From assembly GCA_038215615.1 (NCBI GenBank), contig JBBQQR010000025.1:1-27940 (forward strand): DNA of 27,940 nt. Reading direction: 5' to 3'. Position 1 is the first letter of the stretch, and each line of letters begins with the position of its first letter. The translations under genes and the position numbers were made by a program. Source of the DNA: Vulcanimicrobiales bacterium (GTDB taxonomy: Bacteria > Vulcanimicrobiota > Vulcanimicrobiia > Vulcanimicrobiales > Vulcanimicrobiaceae). Below, piece after piece: positions 7,365 through 17,354 of the stretch. The notes under the pieces were generated by a model, which was given only the letters and a program-made list of their open reading frames with translations, made no database searches and was not told where the DNA came from.

Positions 7365-8524
7365 GCTGCCAGCTCCACCGCGCGCGCCGCGCCTTCGTCC
7401 ATCGTTTCGACCGGCGTCATCTTGGCATCGGCCAAAATTTTGCGGCCTTGTTCTTCATTGGTTCCCGTTAACCGGATGACAAGCGGAACTTTGCGCGACT
7501 TCGTCGTGTTGAGCGCTTCCACGATGCCCTTGGCGACTTCATCGCAGCGCGTAATGCCGCCGAAAATGTTGATGAACATGACTTTCGCGCCGGTGTGATT
7601 GACGACAAGCTCGTAACAGTTGCGTACGCGTTCGGCGTTCGCTCCACCGCCGACGTCGAGAAAGTTGGCGAAGTTTCCACCGGCGTTGCGCACCGCATCC
7701 ATCGTCGCCATCGCTAAGCCGGCGCCGTTGGCGATCGTGCCGACGTTCCCATCGAACCGCCGGAAGTTGCGCGTGCCGAGCCCCGCTTGTGCCGCGAGCG
7801 CCTCGTCTTCATCGAGGGGCAGCGTCTCTTGCCATTCTTTAAATTCGGGATTCTTGAAGAGCGCGTCGTCGTCGAGTTCCACTTTTGCATCCGAGGCCAT
7901 CACTCGCCCGTCAGTTGTAAGCACCAGCGGATTGATTTCGATCAGCTTTGCGCCGTAGCGGAAAAATAACTCGTAGATGCCGCCGACGATCGCGGGAAGC
8001 GCTTTACGGTATCCGGGATCGAGCTCGGACTGGAAGGCGAGCTCGCGGCCGATGAACGGTGAATAGCCGATGGCCGTATCGACGACAAATTTCGCGATCG
8101 ATTCGGGGTGTTTTTCCGAAACTTCTTCGATATCCATACCGCCGAAGCGGCTGACCATGATGACCGGGCGTTTCGTCGTGCGGTCGATCGCAATCGCGCA
8201 GTACGCCTCTTTTGCAATCGGCAGCTTCTCTTCAACCAGCACCGAATTCACGCGTTCGCCCTTGGGGTTCTGCCGGTTGGGCGGCATTGGCGTCGCCATG
8301 ATCTCTTCGGCGACCGAGGCCACGTCGTCGGGGGATTTTGCAAACTTTACTTTGCCGGCTTTGCCGCGGCCGCCCATCAGCACTTGCGCCTTGACGACCC
8401 ACTCGGGGACGTCCGGTGTCGCCAGTTCGGCCGCGCGGGCAGGGGCTGCCGCGTGATAGCCGCGCGGCACCGGAATACCGGCGCGACGGAAGAGTTCTTT
8501 CCCTTGGTACTCCATGAGGTTCAC
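7361..8524 (-). CDS. sucC: Succinyl-CoA synthetase beta subunit
   Basis: [62 protein letters not shown]. It overlaps sucD at ATGA. Confidence 0.98.
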   Translation of the reverse strand: MNLMEYQGKELFRRAGIPVPRGYHAAAPARAAELATPDVPEWVVKAQVLMGGRGKAGKVKFAKSPDDVASVAEEIMATPMPPNRQNPKGERVNSVLVEEKLPIAKEAYCAIAIDRTTKRPVIMVSRFGGMDIEEVSEKHPESIAKFVVDTAIGYSPFIGRELAFQSELDPGYRKALPAIVGGIYELFFRYGAKLIEINPLVLTTDGRVMASDAKVELDDDALFKNPEFKEWQETLPLDEDEALAAQAGLGTRNFRRFDGNVGTIANGAGLAMATMDAVRNAGGNFANFLDVGGGANAERVRNCYELVVNHTGAKVMFINIFGGITRCDEVAKGIVEALNTTKSRKVPLVIRLTGTNEEQGRKILADAKMTPVETMDEGAARAVELAA

Positions 8525-8628
8525 GGCGGCTCCAGGTTCGCGAAGGGTCGCAACGAGCCTGTCGAAAGCCCTGGGATTGCCTCCCCATTTAGTCTTTCTT
8601 CATAAGTTCTTGTCGATAATGGAATGGA

Positions 8629-9414
8629 ATGCCGGAAAACCCTAACGCGTATCGCTGTTTGGTTGTTTTGCCTACGTATAACGAACGTGAAAATATCGCG
8701 CGCGTCATAAACGGCGTGCTTTTGGCCGACGAGCGGCTCGACGTCTTAGTTGTCGACGACTCGTCCCCAGACAGCACCGCGGCCGCGGTCCGTGAGATTG
8801 AAGCGCGATCCCCGCGCGTGCGCCTCGTCGAGCGCGAGCGAAAGATGGGGTTGGGTTCGGCCTACGTTATCGGGTTTGCAACTGCGGTGCGCGAGGGTTA
8901 CGACTTTGCCTGCACGATGGATGCCGACTTGTCGCACGATCCGCGGCACCTCGTCGAGATGCTCGAATTGCATGGCGATTACGACGTGGTCATCGGTTCG
9001 CGGTACGTGGCCGGAGGCGAGATCGAAGGCTTCAACGTTTGGCGGAAGATCAACAGCGCTGTCGCCAACGGCCTGGCCAGACGTTTTATCGGAAACGACG
9101 TGCGCGACTGCACGTCGGGTTACCGGCTGTACTCGGCGCCGTTTCTGGAGCGGCTGAATCTGCCGGCATTAGAGGCCTCGGGTTATTCGATGCTCGTCGA
9201 GTTGCTCTACGAAGCCAAGCTCAACCGCGCGCACATCGCCGAGCACCCCATCGTTTTCAAGAACCGCATCGCCGGAAAATCGAAGGTGAGCTATCTGGAG
9301 ATCTCGGGATCGATGCGGACGCTCTTCCGCTTAAAGATCCGGCAACTGCAGGCTAGGAGCAGGCTCGCACGCGAGATCGCCGACCCGGCGAAAGGCACGC
9401 TTCCGCTCCGGTAG
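8629..9414 (+). CDS. GT2 polyprenol-monophosphomannose synthase-like (DPM1/Ppm1-like) glycosyltransferase
   Basis: LPTYNERENI, VVDDSSPDST, KMGLGSAYVIGF, MDADLSHDP, VIGSRY, RDCTSGYR, PIVFKNRIAGKSK. Confidence 0.92.
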   Translation: MPENPNAYRCLVVLPTYNERENIARVINGVLLADERLDVLVVDDSSPDSTAAAVREIEARSPRVRLVERERKMGLGSAYVIGFATAVREGYDFACTMDADLSHDPRHLVEMLELHGDYDVVIGSRYVAGGEIEGFNVWRKINSAVANGLARRFIGNDVRDCTSGYRLYSAPFLERLNLPALEASGYSMLVELLYEAKLNRAHIAEHPIVFKNRIAGKSKVSYLEISGSMRTLFRLKIRQLQARSRLAREIADPAKGTLPLR

Positions 9415-9447
9415 GCGCCGCGCGGTTTTTTTGAGAAGCCCTCGCTG

Positions 9448-12400
9448 ATGTCATCGCGCCTCCGGGCCCTCGTCGCGGGGGCACTCGCTGTCGCCGTCAT
9501 TCTGTTTGTCTTTCGCAACTATTACGGAAGCAACGGATTGCTCTTCGGCGATGCGAATTTCATGTGGTCCCCGTCGCTGCTCCACGCCGAGCTCGCGCAG
9601 CTGTTCCACGTATGGAGGGCTGCAGCATCAGGCGGCACCTCGGGCGCTATCGCGAACGAATCGCAAAGCTACATTGTCTTTCAGGCGCTGTTCGCGCCGC
9701 TGGGCATTCCACTCTCGACGGTTCTGGTTTTCCCGTTCTTCCTTTGCATCGGCGCGTTCTCGTTTTACTTCTTCGCACGCGCGCTGGGCGCGAGCCGCTT
9801 CGGCGCTTTGGCCGGCGCGGCTTTTTTCATCGCCAATCCGTGGACGTGCGATCAACTGCTCGCAGGTCACGTGGCGATCCTCGGCGCTGTTTGCCTCTCA
9901 CCGCTGACCCTTTATGCTTTCTTGCGTCTGCGTCAAGGCGAAACTGCGTTTGGCTTCTTGCTGTTCGCCCTGTGTGCGGTCGAATTGACGCTCGACCCCC
10001 GCACGTCGATCTTCGTTTTCGGCGCCATCGTCATCGCGGGCGTCTCGTCGTTCTTGCGGATGCGAAGCGGCGACGGCGCGCGCGCGCGAACGGTGCTCGT
10101 TCTTGCGATCGCGGCGCCGCTTTATGCCGTTGCGTGCAACGGCGCCTGGACGATGCTTTACGCGCTCAGCCCGTACGCCAACCTCGTGCCGTTTTTTTAT
10201 CCGCCGGTGGAAGATCTGTCCGTTTTCAGCTGGTTCAGCGACTTCTGGCATTCGCTCGTCCTCTCCGCATACTTCATTCATTTTTCGTGGACGGTCGCCG
10301 ACGCATGGGGACCGCTCAGCTTTATCCCTTGGTACGCAAGCGTCGTCGGACTGCTGCTGATTCCGTTTTGGGCCGCCGCAAAACGGCGCCTCAGCTTCGC
10401 GCTGGGATCGTCCGCCATCGTGCTCGGCATCGTATTGAGCATGGGAACTCGCGCGGTGCCGTCCGGGCTCGTCTACGCATTGTACTCGCAGGTACCGCTC
10501 ATGTCGCTGTTGCGCGAGCCGGTGAAGTTCAGTTATCTGACCGTCATGGGCGCCTCGGTATTGATCGCGCTTGCCATGGCCCGCCTGCGCCTCACATGGC
10601 GTATCATACTCGCGCTCGCCCTGATCATCGCGATCATTCCGATCGCAAGCGGAAATCTTTCGGTGCCCGATGGATACGGCTTCCAAGAGTTCACCGCGCG
10701 CCCGGCCTACCTGCGCATGCTGCAATTCCTGGAGCAGCGGCATGCAAAAGAATCGTTCCGGATCGCCGTGTTTCCGCCGTGGCTCGCGGAACAGTCGCTC
10801 GGCAAAGGACAATTTTACACCGACAATCCGTTTGTATTCCAAAGTGAGATTCCCGTTGTCGACGCAAAGCTGATCAATACGGCGAATGCGACCTCAGAAC
10901 AAGCGTGGCAAGCTTTCTACGGCATCTATGCCGGAACCGACACGCACCCGGCGGCAACGCTGGGAGAATTCGGCGTGAAGTACGTCGTCGTTCCGGCTTC
11001 GATTCACTTGTCCGCGGCGGCGGCGCTCACGCCGTTCGGAGCGGCCGACGACGCGCTGACCGCGGCGATCATGAAGAGCGATCCGCACTTCGTGGCGGTC
11101 TACACCGACGGCGCGAACCGCATCTTTCAAAACCTGCTCTTCAAACCGATCGTTCGCAACGCAACCACGCCGCTCATCGCGGGCGACGTGCCCGCTATCC
11201 TCAGGCAAAGCATGCCCGCCCAAACGTTCGGCGACTCGTTCGGTGGCGCGCAACTTGCGCCACCGCAGGACGCGATCGGCATCGCGGATACGCCGCTCGG
11301 CCGCTGCCTCGACGCGCACGTGGAACTGCCGTCGCAAAATGCGTACTATGAGGTTAGCAAACACGACGACTGGAACGGTTACTGGACTGCCAGCGACTGG
11401 GCGGTGTCAGCGCCCGACACGTACCGCAGCCGCATTCTGCAGCGTTTCCCGCTGCCGTTTGCCTACACGGAATCGCATTCGGTCATTACGGTGCGTGTCA
11501 ACTCGGCGCGCAGCGGCGAACTCTACGCGCAAGCGGCCACGATCGGATCGGCCGCGCCCTTGCACGTTCTAGTCGACGGCCGGACTTCGATCGTGCCGCT
11601 GGCTTCCGACGAGCTGCACTGGCTCGATCTTGGGCGGCTGACGGCTGGGTCGCATCAGGTCGCGTTCACAGGTTCGGCAGCCGGCACGATTCTGCGGCGC
11701 ATCGTTGCCGACGCCGGCACGTGCGCCGATGCGAGCCTTGCTTCCGCGACGCCGCGCAACCGCTACTTCATTCCAGGTCCGAGCCGCACTGTGACGGTAA
11801 ATGTTGGCGCGCAAACGACGACCGTTGCGGTGAAACCGCTCGCGCTTGGCACGACTCCCGACAACCCGGCTCCTTGGAGCGTCGTAACACCGCCGGGCGC
11901 CGTGGCCGCTCTTTGGGATTACGTGCAAATCACTTCAGGACGACCGTTTCCGTCGTTCAGCGGATATCATCGGCTTACGTTTCTGGCACCGGTAGGTCAG
12001 CCGATGAGCGGTACGTGGCAAGCGAGCGATAACGGCGCGAAAAACCTGACGTTGGCCGGGAGCCGCTGGCCGCAACGCGCTGACATTACGGTTGCAGATA
12101 TTCCGACCGGTCAAAGCACGCTCGTCGAGCTTTCCATCGCCGGAACCCTGCGCGGAGCGCTCGTACAAATATCGGCGCCCGGCAGCCGGACGATGATTGC
12201 GGATGCCGATTCACTGCGCACACCGTTCCTCGCCGTACCTTACATTGGGACATCCTATACGATAAGCGTGATAACTCCCGCAAATGCCCGCGGCCGGCTC
12301 AGCTTCGGAGCCGACGTGCGCGCCGCGGCGCCCATCGGCGACACGCGGCTCTTTCGCATTCCTAACGCCCCGGTCGCAGCTCGCGCCCCCGGGCCCTCAA

Positions 12401-13104
12401 GCGGAGGGGTCATCGCGTCATACGCGCTCACTGCGGAAAATAATCTGCAGCCGGCGCAATTTACGACCCTCGGCGTTCCGGTCAATTCCGCGCAAGGTCT
12501 CATGCTGCACGTGCGAAAGCTGAGCGCGAACACCGCGGGCTGCGCCGTAATCACCGCTTTCTATGACTCTTGGGCCAATCCGGCGCCGGTGAAGATCGCT
12601 GAAGTCATCGTCGGCAGCCGGCCGACCGATTACGATCTGGCCGTGCCGCTCGCACCCTTTTCGGAAACCGTGGCGTTTAGCGTCTTGCCCGTCGACGATC
12701 CGCAGATGAGCCTTGCGTTGGGGAGCGCGGTGCTGAGCGACTCCGATCCGCTGGCAGGCGGAACCATCGTTTCTCTGCCGGCTATGCGAGCCGGCGGCGG
12801 CGGCGCGATCGCGGCCGACGATTCGCAGATCGAACGCATCGCATTTCGCAATGCCGCCGGACCCTACGTAGTCGGAGATTTCACCTACGATCCGGCGTGG
12901 ACGATTGGCGGCCGGCCGCACTGGCAAGCGAACGGATACGCCAACGTTTGGCGCGCGAGCGGAAGCGGCGTCATGACCTACGGACTGCAGGCATGGTATC
13001 GCGGATTGCTGGTTGCCGGAGCGCTTCTCTGGCTGGCCTCGATCGCGGCATTTGCGTTTCTGCAAACGAAGCGGCGCCGGATAACAGTGCTGCAAGACTC
13101 TTGA
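9448..13104 (+). CDS. Large polytopic membrane protein, probable GT-C glycosyltransferase (AftD/YfhO-like architecture, 1218 aa)
   Basis: About 400 aa of multiple TM segments with an acidic GD motif after TM1 and an LLREPVKF motif, then a long beta-rich extracytoplasmic region, a YDPAW...ANGYANVW motif and a final TM helix with a basic tail. It follows the DPM1-like gene. Confidence 0.65.
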   Translation: MSSRLRALVAGALAVAVILFVFRNYYGSNGLLFGDANFMWSPSLLHAELAQLFHVWRAAASGGTSGAIANESQSYIVFQALFAPLGIPLSTVLVFPFFLCIGAFSFYFFARALGASRFGALAGAAFFIANPWTCDQLLAGHVAILGAVCLSPLTLYAFLRLRQGETAFGFLLFALCAVELTLDPRTSIFVFGAIVIAGVSSFLRMRSGDGARARTVLVLAIAAPLYAVACNGAWTMLYALSPYANLVPFFYPPVEDLSVFSWFSDFWHSLVLSAYFIHFSWTVADAWGPLSFIPWYASVVGLLLIPFWAAAKRRLSFALGSSAIVLGIVLSMGTRAVPSGLVYALYSQVPLMSLLREPVKFSYLTVMGASVLIALAMARLRLTWRIILALALIIAIIPIASGNLSVPDGYGFQEFTARPAYLRMLQFLEQRHAKESFRIAVFPPWLAEQSLGKGQFYTDNPFVFQSEIPVVDAKLINTANATSEQAWQAFYGIYAGTDTHPAATLGEFGVKYVVVPASIHLSAAAALTPFGAADDALTAAIMKSDPHFVAVYTDGANRIFQNLLFKPIVRNATTPLIAGDVPAILRQSMPAQTFGDSFGGAQLAPPQDAIGIADTPLGRCLDAHVELPSQNAYYEVSKHDDWNGYWTASDWAVSAPDTYRSRILQRFPLPFAYTESHSVITVRVNSARSGELYAQAATIGSAAPLHVLVDGRTSIVPLASDELHWLDLGRLTAGSHQVAFTGSAAGTILRRIVADAGTCADASLASATPRNRYFIPGPSRTVTVNVGAQTTTVAVKPLALGTTPDNPAPWSVVTPPGAVAALWDYVQITSGRPFPSFSGYHRLTFLAPVGQPMSGTWQASDNGAKNLTLAGSRWPQRADITVADIPTGQSTLVELSIAGTLRGALVQISAPGSRTMIADADSLRTPFLAVPYIGTSYTISVITPANARGRLSFGADVRAAAPIGDTRLFRIPNAPVAARAPGPSSGGVIASYALTAENNLQPAQFTTLGVPVNSAQGLMLHVRKLSANTAGCAVITAFYDSWANPAPVKIAEVIVGSRPTDYDLAVPLAPFSETVAFSVLPVDDPQMSLALGSAVLSDSDPLAGGTIVSLPAMRAGGGGAIAADDSQIERIAFRNAAGPYVVGDFTYDPAWTIGGRPHWQANGYANVWRASGSGVMTYGLQAWYRGLLVAGALLWLASIAAFAFLQTKRRRITVLQDS

Positions 13105-14249
13105 ACGTCGCTCTCGTGGTCCCCGAGTTTCCGCCGGATGTCATCGGCGGGGGCGGACCGGTTTTTGAAACGCTTGCCTTCACGCTCTGGGGACGCGGAC
13201 ACAGCGTCCGTGTGCTGACTTCGAAGACGTACGGCGCACCCGCCGCGGACGATCGCAGCTATCCGTTTCCCGTTCATCGGGTCGCGCAGATCCGCCATTT
13301 TACGCCGCAATATAAAACCTACATGCCGCCGTCGCCCTTCGCGCTCGGAGGAGTGCGCGCGTTCCTGGCGGGTTGCGATGTTTTCCACTTGCATGGCTAC
13401 GGCATGGCGTTTGTAGACGTTATCTTCAATTTTTTCGTGCCGGCGAACCGGTCGGTTTTCACAACGCACGGCTTTCCGTACACGGCGCGCACCGCCGGCG
13501 GCGCGCTCGGAGCGGTGTATGCCGCATACGACTCGCTCTTCGGCTCGCAGATTCTCAGAAAGAGCGCGCGGGCGACGGCCGTTTCGTCGCTGTTGGCGCG
13601 GGAAGCGCAAGCGGCATCGGGTCGCGAAGTCGCGGTCGTTCCCAATGGTTTCGTTCCGCTCGGCACAGGCGCGGAACTCGACGCACGCTTCGGGCGTGAG
13701 ATCGAGAGGGGCCCGTATCTCTTGGGCGTCGGCCGGCTCGAAGAGCTCAAGGGTTTCCGGTACGCAATCGAGGCGCTCGCACAGCTCCGCGCGCACGATT
13801 CGGAGTTGCGGCTGATTTTGGCCGGGCCGGATAACGGCAGCGAGCGCAGTCTGCGGCGGCTCGCGGATACGCTCGGCGTTGCGCCGGCGGTGTCGTTTGT
13901 GGGATCGGTTCCGCGCGAGCAGCTCGCGCACTTCTACGATCGCGCGGCGTGCGTCGTGGTGAGTTCCAAGTACGAATCGTTCTCGCTGGTGACGCTGGAG
14001 GCCATGTCGCGCGGCATCCCATGCGTCGCGTCCGCTGTCGGCGGCGTACTCGACATCGCGATCGACGGTGAGAATGCGCTGCTCTTTCCCGCGGGCGACA
14101 CTGCCTCGTTGAGCGCGGCCGTGCGGCGCGTGATTTCGGATACCGCCCTGCGCGATCGCATCGCGGCCGTTGGACGCAAAACGCTCCAACGCTTCGCGTG
14201 GGACGACGTCGCGAGGGCGTACGAACAGCTCTATGCGGCGTGTCTATGA
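13101..14249 (+). CDS. GT4-family glycosyltransferase (~382 aa)
   Basis: TTG start overlapping the upstream TGA. Motifs EFPPDVIGGG, VGRLEELKGF and ESFSLVTLEAM (E-x7-E). Confidence 0.92.
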   Translation: MNVALVVPEFPPDVIGGGGPVFETLAFTLWGRGHSVRVLTSKTYGAPAADDRSYPFPVHRVAQIRHFTPQYKTYMPPSPFALGGVRAFLAGCDVFHLHGYGMAFVDVIFNFFVPANRSVFTTHGFPYTARTAGGALGAVYAAYDSLFGSQILRKSARATAVSSLLAREAQAASGREVAVVPNGFVPLGTGAELDARFGREIERGPYLLGVGRLEELKGFRYAIEALAQLRAHDSELRLILAGPDNGSERSLRRLADTLGVAPAVSFVGSVPREQLAHFYDRAACVVVSSKYESFSLVTLEAMSRGIPCVASAVGGVLDIAIDGENALLFPAGDTASLSAAVRRVISDTALRDRIAAVGRKTLQRFAWDDVARAYEQLYAACL

Positions 14250-15457
14250 ATATGCGCGTCGCGCTGGTCACGGGAGCTCCGCTCGAGGATCGCAGTGAGA
14301 TAGGCGCCGCCTACCATACGCGCGCGCTGGCCGAAGAACTGGCGAAGGCCGGAGTTGACGTGGAGATTTGGGCGAAAGCCGGGGCCGGCAAGACCGCCGC
14401 GTCGAGCGTTCCAATCGTTTCGGTTTGGCGTCCGGGATGGATGGCTTGGTTCGATATCTACAAGGCGGTGCTTGAGCGCAAGCCCGGCATTCTGCACGTG
14501 CAATACTCGACGTTCGTGCTCGGAGCGGGTGCGGCCGGCGAGATTGCAATGCTGATGCTGCTCGTGCTGCTTCGGCTGCGCGGGACGAACGTCGTGATCA
14601 CCGTGCACGACGTTCCGGCGCTGGCGCAGATAACACCGGAGTACATACGGATGAACGGCTACAAATTTCCGGCGGCGATCGTACGCTTGGGCTTGCGCCT
14701 TATTTTTCTGGCGATCGGCCTAACGGCGCGCAGCGTCATCGTTCATCAGGAAGCGTTCGCAACTATTTTGGCACGCGACTATGGAATCGATCGCCCGAAG
14801 ATTGCGGTCGTTCCGCTGATCGCGCTGACTCACCGCACCATGAGCCGCGAAGCGGCGCGCGCCGCGTTAGGCATGAGCGCTTCCGAAAAGACCGCGCTTT
14901 TCTTCGGCTTTGCAACCCGGTACAAGGGAATTGAGCTTCTGCTCTCCGCCGCGGCGCAGCTCGGCGCTCCGTTCGGTCTGCACGTACTGCTGGGAACCGG
15001 CGAGCACCCCAAGGTCGCACACACCGCAGAGTACGACGCCTACTATTCCGCGCTGAAGCGGCGCGCCGGATCGATCGCCGGTGTCGAGTTTCTGGGGTTT
15101 CTTCCCGACGCGCAGCTGGACGAGTATATCGAAGCGGCCGACGTTGCCGTTTTTCCTTACATCGAAGCGCAATCCATGAGCGGACCGCTGACGATCTGCG
15201 CCTCGCACGGCAAACCGCTGCTCGTTTCAAGGCGTATCGCCGAAAAGATCCCCGCTTTGGCGTCGTGCGCATTCGATCCAACGATCCCGGCGCTAGCTTC
15301 CGCGCTTACCCGCTTCTTCAGTGACTCCCCGTATCGCGCGGCGGTGGAGGCGCAAAGCCGCGCGTTCGCACAGCAGCACGTGCGCGGCGGCGAAACCGTC
15401 GCCCGAACGCTCGCCCTCTACCGGGCTGCCGCGAGCACTTCCCGCACGCGCGCGTAG
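14246..15457 (+). CDS. GT4-family glycosyltransferase (~403 aa)
   Basis: ATGA overlap with the upstream gene. Motifs LHVQY, VITVHD, FFGFATRYKGIELL and AADVAVFPY..QSMSGPL (S-x-S-G variant instead of E-x7-E). Confidence 0.88.
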   Translation: MNMRVALVTGAPLEDRSEIGAAYHTRALAEELAKAGVDVEIWAKAGAGKTAASSVPIVSVWRPGWMAWFDIYKAVLERKPGILHVQYSTFVLGAGAAGEIAMLMLLVLLRLRGTNVVITVHDVPALAQITPEYIRMNGYKFPAAIVRLGLRLIFLAIGLTARSVIVHQEAFATILARDYGIDRPKIAVVPLIALTHRTMSREAARAALGMSASEKTALFFGFATRYKGIELLLSAAAQLGAPFGLHVLLGTGEHPKVAHTAEYDAYYSALKRRAGSIAGVEFLGFLPDAQLDEYIEAADVAVFPYIEAQSMSGPLTICASHGKPLLVSRRIAEKIPALASCAFDPTIPALASALTRFFSDSPYRAAVEAQSRAFAQQHVRGGETVARTLALYRAAASTSRTRA

Positions 15458-16536
15458 ACGCCGGTCGGCAACAGCCGATCCATGCAATGCGGATCGACCT
15501 CGCAGGTTTTCAAGTAGCAGGCCAGGCACGGCAACTCTTCGGCAGCCATTTTTACGCTGTGCGCGTCGAGATCGATTTCGTGCAGCGACGTCGGCCCGAA
15601 GAGCACGGCCGTCGGAACATTCAGGGCCCAGGCGATATGCATCGCGAGCGTGTCGCCGGTCAGAAGCGCGTCGCACTGCGCGATGCCCGCGATCAGCCGC
15701 CGTACGTTTCCGGCCGATTCAACGGCGGCGGCGCGGCCGGGAAAGGTGGCCGCCAACCCGCGATTGCGCTCGTTGACCGGAGATCCGCCGAAGAGCGCCA
15801 CGCCGGATCCGTCCGCGATGGCCAGCTCCACGAACGACGCGACGTGCTCGGGATTCCAGTTTTTGCGTTCCCAACGATCGCCCGCATCCGTGTTGATACC
15901 GATCAGCGGGCGCGGCAGCGCGCTCGCAAATTCTTGCGCGCGCAACAGTTCGGCGGGATCCAGCTGGATGTGCGGGCGGTGCCCGCCATATTTCACACCG
16001 GCGCTCGCGCCGAGCAGTTCGAGATACGATCGACGGTTAGCGCGTTTGAGATCGTCCCACAGTCCCATTTCAAAGAGCGCCGGATCGCCGCCCGGCGCTA
16101 CACCCGTGCACGTTCCGAATCTACCGGCGACGAACCCGTGATACGCGTTCGTGCGTACGACGCCGGCATAGGCCAGCGCGTCCGCACCGCTGTCCAGTGA
16201 GTAGACCGCGTCAAAATCGGTACTGCCGAGCGGTCCCGCTTCCGTTGTCGCGAGCACCCGCTGGATCAGCGGATTGCCGGCCAGCAGTTCGACGCTTTGG
16301 GCGCGCGTTAGCCACGTTACGTGCGGACGATCGTGACGCGCTACGATATCCGGCAACAGAGCGGTAGTGCGCAGCACGTCGCCCATCGCGCCTAACTTGA
16401 CGATGAGAATGCGCTGCGCGAGCGGGCGATAGTGCGGGCAGTCTTCGCAGAGCTGTCCGGTCGCCTTGTGCGGTTCGCACGGCATGCTTCCGCGATAGAG
16501 CAGGCAATCCGTGTGGACGACGCGCGATGCCCCCAT
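15418..16536 (-). CDS. GT9-family (heptosyltransferase-like) glycosyltransferase with Cys clusters (~372 aa)
   Basis: RILIVKLGAMGDVLRTTALLP, WERKNW, LLTGDTLAMHIAWALNVPTAVLFGPT. Start revised to ATG 16536. Confidence 0.9.
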   Translation of the reverse strand: MGASRVVHTDCLLYRGSMPCEPHKATGQLCEDCPHYRPLAQRILIVKLGAMGDVLRTTALLPDIVARHDRPHVTWLTRAQSVELLAGNPLIQRVLATTEAGPLGSTDFDAVYSLDSGADALAYAGVVRTNAYHGFVAGRFGTCTGVAPGGDPALFEMGLWDDLKRANRRSYLELLGASAGVKYGGHRPHIQLDPAELLRAQEFASALPRPLIGINTDAGDRWERKNWNPEHVASFVELAIADGSGVALFGGSPVNERNRGLAATFPGRAAAVESAGNVRRLIAGIAQCDALLTGDTLAMHIAWALNVPTAVLFGPTSLHEIDLDAHSVKMAAEELPCLACYLKTCEVDPHCMDRLLPTGVYARVREVLAAAR

Positions 16537-16540
16537 CGCT

Positions 16541-17302
16541 CTACACCGTCGGCCCGCGCGCAGTGAGAACGAGGCCTTCGCACCAGTCGACTTCCATGGC
16601 ATAGGAAAGCGCGCGCCGCAGCGGCAGCGCGGCGAGGCGGCGCGGCGAGCTGATGAAATGCGTGCGCAGCGCGTCGACGTCCTCAAAATAAAAGCGGAGG
16701 ATTGCGTAGAGATCGTACCATGGATAGTGCTGCACGTGGGTAACGTCGCGATGCTGGACGGCCGGCGCCAGCGGGTTCGGAACGCTCACGATCGCAAGAC
16801 CTTCGCGTTTAAGCATCCGGGGAAGGCGCTGCAAATACTCTTCCGCGAACGTATCGGCCGTCATGTGTTCGGCCACTTCGCTCAGGAAGATCAGATCGAA
16901 ATCGTTGCCGGGCACGTCGCGCAAGCTCGAGTATATCGGAAAGTCCACTGCAAAATGCGCCACGTCGACGCCTGCGTAATCGATGCGGCGCGCGGGATCG
17001 CGCAGCTCCAAGTAATCCCGAAACGATCCCGAGGCGCAGCCGATGTCGAGTACTTTGACGGACCGGCGCCGCGCGAGCGTCTCGTCGGCGACGATCATCG
17101 AAGGACCGGCCGCGCCGACGCGCAGCGGCCCTGCGCGCAGCGAAGGAAACTTGGTCGCGCGCGAAGCCGGCCACACTTTTGGAAGAAAGCAGCGAGCCGG
17201 CGGCCGTTCTATTTGATCGGTAAGAACCGCACCGTACTTCCGCAGACCCTCGTTCCGGTATGCGAGCAGCTGCGCGTAATTCTTTCCGGAAAAACCCGTC
17301 AC
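16541..17302 (-). CDS. Class I SAM-dependent methyltransferase, glycan-locus type (~253 aa)
   Basis: VLDIGCASG, YAGVD, FDLIFLSEVAEH, LKREGLAIVSVPN, DVTHVQHY. GTG start at 17302 follows GGGAG. Confidence 0.88.
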   Translation of the reverse strand: MTGFSGKNYAQLLAYRNEGLRKYGAVLTDQIERPPARCFLPKVWPASRATKFPSLRAGPLRVGAAGPSMIVADETLARRRSVKVLDIGCASGSFRDYLELRDPARRIDYAGVDVAHFAVDFPIYSSLRDVPGNDFDLIFLSEVAEHMTADTFAEEYLQRLPRMLKREGLAIVSVPNPLAPAVQHRDVTHVQHYPWYDLYAILRFYFEDVDALRTHFISSPRRLAALPLRRALSYAMEVDWCEGLVLTARGPTV

Positions 17303-17354
17303 GTCAATGCTCCCTTCCGTTCGCCGGCGCCGCAAGCCTCGGAGCGCAACTGAC

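Noticed and set aside
8554..8571. GAGCCTGTCGAAAG as a second REP copy
   Set aside because: It is only a partial match without the flanking palindrome, and is better explained as part of the promoter-like motif upstream of sucC.
6624..10847. Long alternative-frame ORFs (for example 6624-7598 +, 9564-10847 +, 9898-10842 -)
   Set aside because: These are Arg/Ala-rich shadow ORFs typical of high-GC DNA. They overlap well-supported genes and carry no motifs.
12897..13100. Extended starts for the GT4, and likewise for GT9 (16686), thiolase (22723), CDF (23844) and gmd (26063)
   Set aside because: The extensions overlap neighbouring genes, and family homology begins at the downstream coupled starts that I used.
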